From Macrostomum hystrix (taxonomy: Eukaryota > Animalia > Platyhelminthes): DNA of 64,000 nucleotides. Below are positions 59,901-64,000 of this stretch, in pieces. Every line of letters starts with the position of its first letter. Positions within the stretch are counted from its first letter, which is position 1. Location of the stretch: contig CATNEN010000003.1 of NCBI GenBank assembly GCA_950097015.1, positions 9,548,001 through 9,612,000 of the forward strand. Direction: 5' to 3'. Made by a program: the position numbers and the translations under genes. The notes below the pieces were generated by a model that did not search any database, was not told where the DNA came from, and saw only the letters and a list, made by a program, of their open reading frames with translations.

Positions 59901-62900
59901 TCTGAAGGATGCCAGCGGCCAGTATTACCTGTCTTCAACTGCTCAAGGAACCAGCCCCATACCCGGAAGGTTGATTGCTGATTCTCAGGTGCAAACGGTA
60001 CTACAATCATCTGACCAAAATATTGTGGCCAGAGTCACAGAAGAAGCAATCGTTCCACTAACTAGTTACGCGGCTCGGGCAGCCTTCGTGGACCAACCGA
60101 AGCCGCAGGTCAGTGAGATTTTTACGCAGTACGACCTGCTTACTCGAGATCAAAGCCTGGCAGTCAGCTTCGGCTCCTCGTCAGCGGAGGCGTCAACGCA
60201 GCCACAAGTTACAAGCGATTCGATGGCCCAGTACCTGGTGTTCACAACTGACACATCTAGCTCAACCAGTCAGCCAGATCTTCGACAAATGGCAATCAAC
60301 ACCGAGGTGGCACTAGTGAAAGATTCCAGTGGCCAGTTCTTCCTTGGCAGCAGTGATGGCTCTGTTTTGATCAGAGGTACTCAAGTAAGTCCAGCAGAAG
60401 TGGTGCACCATTTAACTAGCTCGGAAAATAGCATTGTTGTTATGGTCAGCAAAGAAAGCGCCGAAGTTAACACTGAAAGCGGAAGTGATCTCGTTGACGT
60501 TGCCACCCAGTACCTGATGTATTCGTCCGACAAAGATGCTAGCGTGGACACCATCAAGAGCTCAATGAGCTTGGCCCAGAAGGCATGCGTAGAGTCGAAA
60601 CCCGTGTTCCAGCCTACGCTACTGCGAGATAGCTCAGGGCAGTACTACCTGAACACAGCTAATTCAAACGTTGCAGTCCAGGGAGTTTTCGTAACTGAAT
60701 CGCAGGCCCGTCAGTGCTTGGCTACTTCAGAGAAAAACATTGTCGCCAGAATAGTGACCGAAACGCGAGACTTCATGGGACAGACGGTCCGCATTGTGTC
60801 GCGTGAAGCCGTAACTAAGGACTCGAGCAATCAAAGCGATAAGGTCCTGACAGAAGTCGATACGCAGTACATGCTGTACACGTCTAGCAAGAGTTTAGAG
60901 ACTGATCTTCCTAAGCAGAGTGTGGCGAAAGAATTCGCGATGCAAACCGAGCAACGAAGCGCAGATGCAACCGTGTTCCAATCGAAGCTGATGAAAGACA
61001 GTTCCGGGCAGTACTACCTCTACAGCTGCGATTCTAATGTAGCGATCGCCGGAAAGATGGTTTCCCAATCAGAGGCCAGACATTATTTGGCATCGTCGGA
61101 GAAAAATATTGTAGTTCGAGTATCCGACACCATGAGCGACTTTTCAACTCAGACGCATGAAGTCAAGCAGTCCGCATTCCTGGAACAGAAAGCCCAGAGC
61201 AGCAGAGAACAGAGAGAGTCACAGACACAATATGTCCTTTTTTCCTCTGATAAGAGTCTCTCTGCCAATTTAACTTCTGAAGTTGCCGTTCAGTCCGCAG
61301 ACACTGTTGACAATCTTGTTCCCAGACTGATGAAAGACAGTTCCGGACAGTACTTCCTGTGCAGTGCTGACTCTGGTATGGCTGTGGCAGGAACCCCCAT
61401 AGCGGAGTCGCAAGTAAAGAATTTCTTAGCTAGCTCTGACAAAAACATCGTAGCTAAAGTAATTACTGACTCAAAGGATTTTTCCAGCCAAACTGCTCAG
61501 CCAGCTGAAAGATCTGAAGGTGGAACTCAAAGCGGAGAGATCTTGACGGAGATGCAAACTCAGTACGCTCTGTACTCATCGAACAAGAGCCTGATGGTGG
61601 ATTTCAGTGCAGCTACGGAAGATTTCTCCACTCAAACGGCGTCAAGAATGTCTGCGAGTAGCGCAGTCGTGGCGCCAGTGGTGATGCGAGACAACTCGGG
61701 CCAATTCTACCTGACAAGTGAAGACTCGAGCGTCCGAGTTTTCGGAAAAGTTGTCACAGAAGCGGAAGCCATGCGACAGCTTAATACTTCGGACAACAGC
61801 ATTGTAGCTCGAGTTGTAAGCCGAGTCAGTGACTTCACGTCTCAAACTGCTCTAGATGAAAGTCGGCGCCAAATGGTATCCAGTGAGCAACAATATGAGT
61901 TGTATTCTTCCAGCAAATCGATTGCGACTGCCGACATTAAAAGCTCGGAGGAATTCGGCGCGCAGGTAGCTATGACATATACGGACTCAGCGGTATCCCA
62001 GGCCAAGCTGATGAAAGACAACTCGGGTCAATTTTACCTTGTAAGCTCAACTGCTGATGTAACGGTACGCGGTGAGTCGGTGACGGAGGCTGAAGCACAA
62101 TACTATCTGGAAAGCTCTGAAAAGAATATTGTGGCTCGAGTGATAAGCGAAGGTAGAGACTTTTCGACTCAAACAATGTCTCAATCACGCGCCACGCAAA
62201 AGGAGAGCAGTACACAGAGCAGCAGAAGTGAACTGACTGATGTACAGGCTCAGTATGCCCTGTACTCTTCAAGCAAGGGCCAGACAGTGGAGCTCATCAA
62301 ATCTTCAGAGGATTTCTCAACACAGACCCGGATTGCTAGTGTCCACAGTGGTGTCGCGAAGCCGAGTCTTCTGCGGGACAGCGCTGGTCAATACTATCTA
62401 GCCAGTCAGGACTCGAAGGTCAAGGTTCAGGGACGAGTCGTCACGGAGTCTGAAGCGCGAATGCACTTAAGCACGTCAGAGAAAAGTATCGTAGCTAGGA
62501 TAATTACCGATGTTCGCGATTTCACGACCCAAACTGTTTCTGAAGATGTTGAACAGGTCATAATCGCGGAGAGACAGCAGTACGAGTTGTACTCTGCCAA
62601 CAGAGACCTATCTGCTTTAGCAAGCAACAGTGAGGATTTCGCAGTGCAGGTGAGGCATGATTCTGCCGATATGGCCAGCCAGTTCCAACCCAAGCTAATG
62701 CGCGATAGCTACGGACAATATTACCTTTCCAGTGCAGATAGCAACTTGATCATTTCGGGCCAGCCAGTATCAGAGACTCAGGCCAGAAGCTACTTGGCCA
62801 GCTCAGACAAGAGTATTGTTGCCAGAGTTAGCAGTGAGACTCGCGAATCTACCATGCAAACCGTGCCGAAGACAAAGCCAGAGCTGAAGCAGACTGGAAC

Positions 62901-64000
62901 ACAGAGTGGCAGCACACTAGTCGAGGTGGATACGCAATACTCCCTCTACTCATCTAGTAAGAGCCTGACGGCGAATGTTATAAAGACATCGGAAGAATTT
63001 GGCACTCAAACTAAGACAAGCCTAAAGGAGAGCACATTCGTCCAGCCAAAATTGATGTGCGACAGTGCTGGACAGTACTACTTATCTAGTGAAGAGTCAG
63101 GGATGATGGTTCGAGGTCAAATTGTAACAGAGTCCGAAGCCAGGCATCACTTGTCGAGTTCCGACAAGAGCATCGTAGCCAAGGTGGTCAGTGAGACCCT
63201 GGACTTTGCCTCACAGACCGCCATTGAGAGCAGTAGCACCAAAATGCGGTCAGCTCGCGGACCACTACGCGACGTTCAAAGTGAATTCGTGTTGTATGCC
63301 TCCGACAAAAATTTGTCGACAGACGTTGCTACTGGTGAGTCCATGGCTGTTTTTCTCCAGACAGTGGAAACACGCGACGAAGGCACTCGCGTTCAGACGC
63401 AAGGAAAATCAGCTAGCGCTCTCGCCGGCTCCAGGGTGATGGTTGATGCCAGCGGGCAATACTTCCTAAAGACATCCAACTCCGCTACTCTTGTTCCCGG
63501 TGTCGTCGCATCTTCATCGGAGGCCAGAGCGGCACTAGAGAGTTCCGACAGCAGAATTGTTGCTAGGGTGTTTGGCGATGGGTTGGACGTCTCATCACAG
63601 ACGACTACAGCTGTCGCCTCAGCCCAAAGCGTCAGTACCACAAGAATGAAAGATGTTAGCACCCACTATGTCCTCATGACCTCATCGCACAATGTTTTTA
63701 GTCAGACAGAAGAAAACACCGCTACAAATTCCATGTGTCATAGTCAGGAAGAAGAGGTTGAAACAATTGTTCAAGTGTCCCAGGCACCGCTTCAGATGGA
63801 AATGACTGAACAGGTACACAGAGACACACAGGTAGCTGCTATGATGCACGATACTCACGCACAATACTTCATAGCCAGCTCAGAAGCATGCACTTCTCAG
63901 ACTGAGAGATTTGAAGCCTCGGGACACGTGCAAGCTCAGGTTGGAATGGAGTCGAGGACAGAGAAAGTGAAGGTCGACACAGCTGACTTCCAGTGTCAAA
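50927..64000 (+). CDS. Very large plakin-domain (spectrin repeat + SH3) protein with a repetitive xQT-rich tail, >2800 aa, 3'-incomplete; exons 50927-50977, 51369-51491, 51931-52047, 53192-53554, 54921-55159, 55998-56435, 56889->64000
   Basis: HTKNAADYYQFFFD (plectin HLKENAAYFQFFSD) and plakin SH3 LLCPFENSEVRLDEGAEVTLLDNADSLRWRV...VPSIMLWLPPPD...LE...LW. GT-AG phases are consistent. The frame starting at 56890 was open wherever I translated it, up to the window end. Confidence 0.85.
51538..51732. repeat. Intronic minisatellite, 26-27-bp unit (TAACAGGTTTATCAACCAATACCTGTC)
   Basis: About 7 tandem units in plakin intron 2. Confidence 0.9.
52140..53148. repeat. Intronic minisatellite, 16-bp unit (GTTTCTCCGAAACAAG)
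   Basis: Direct tandem repetition; each unit holds a GTTTC-tcc-GAAAC mini-palindrome. Confidence 0.96.
53650..54800. repeat. Intronic 10-bp satellite (AGATCCCTTC)
   Basis: Direct tandem repetition in plakin intron 4. Confidence 0.95.
55255..55836. repeat. Intronic minisatellite, 41-bp unit (ATCCCCTTAGTTGGTAAATAATCACCTCAGTTAGGAAATTT), a dimer of ~20-bp subunits
   Basis: Direct tandem repetition in plakin intron 5. Confidence 0.95.
56494..56725 (+). mobile_element. Dispersed ~220-bp repeat, second copy
   Basis: Homologous to the reverse complement of 44465-44675. Confidence 0.72.
57960..59340 (+). repeat. Coding repeat type 1: ~35-aa (105-nt) units, consensus EGQTQYxLFQSDKDLxxxxSPxVRDASLQASxxT
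   Basis: QYxLFQSDKDL-like motif near 57970, 58075, 58180, 58285, 58390, 58492, 58597, 58702, 58807 and 58912, then degenerate copies; codons are diverged, so the repeat is conserved at protein level. Confidence 0.9.
59520..63690 (+). repeat. Coding repeat type 2: 12 units of ~109-138 aa, core PKLMKDSSGQYYLxSxDSxVxVxGxxVTESEARxYLASSEKNIVARV
   Basis: DSSGQYYL-like cores near 59545, 59908, 60322, 60628, 60997, 61336, 61690, 62017, 62377, 62704, 63061 and 63445. Confidence 0.9.

Noticed and set aside
57163-63864. Minus-strand and alternate-frame ORFs listed over the large exon
   Set aside because: They are shadows of the long plus-strand frame, which carries the conserved protein repeats.

Overview
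Eukaryotic (animal) genomic DNA, not prokaryotic. GC-rich exons with poly-Gln runs and satellite-filled introns resemble a free-living flatworm such as Macrostomum; this is inference. I assembled six spliced genes by hand, with GT-AG sites and consistent phases: (1) an ELMO/CED-12-like gene (7543-22020, +, 8 exons); (2) an hnRNP L/smooth-like 4-RRM gene (24520-27490, +); (3) an uncharacterised 5-exon gene (29871-34638, +); (4) a divergent DEG/ENaC subunit (38233-36093, -); (5) an AidB/ACDH-11-type acyl-CoA dehydrogenase (40589-45601, +); (6) a very large plakin-domain gene (50927 to beyond 64000, +). The last exon of gene 6 is more than 7.1 kb long and is absent from the ORF track because it has no stop in the window. 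It encodes 35-aa and about 115-aa repeats carrying dozens of xQT/TQx motifs that resemble LC8 dynein-light-chain binding sites; this is the main candidate for an undescribed system. Other notable features: about 15 of 26 introns carry their own distinct tandem array; a foldback-like element has satellite-built inverted arms; a CCC...GGG MITE has a 2-bp TSD; and there are two structured tRNA-derived SINE families and three decayed LINE fragments. All family assignments come from recalled motifs; no searches were run.
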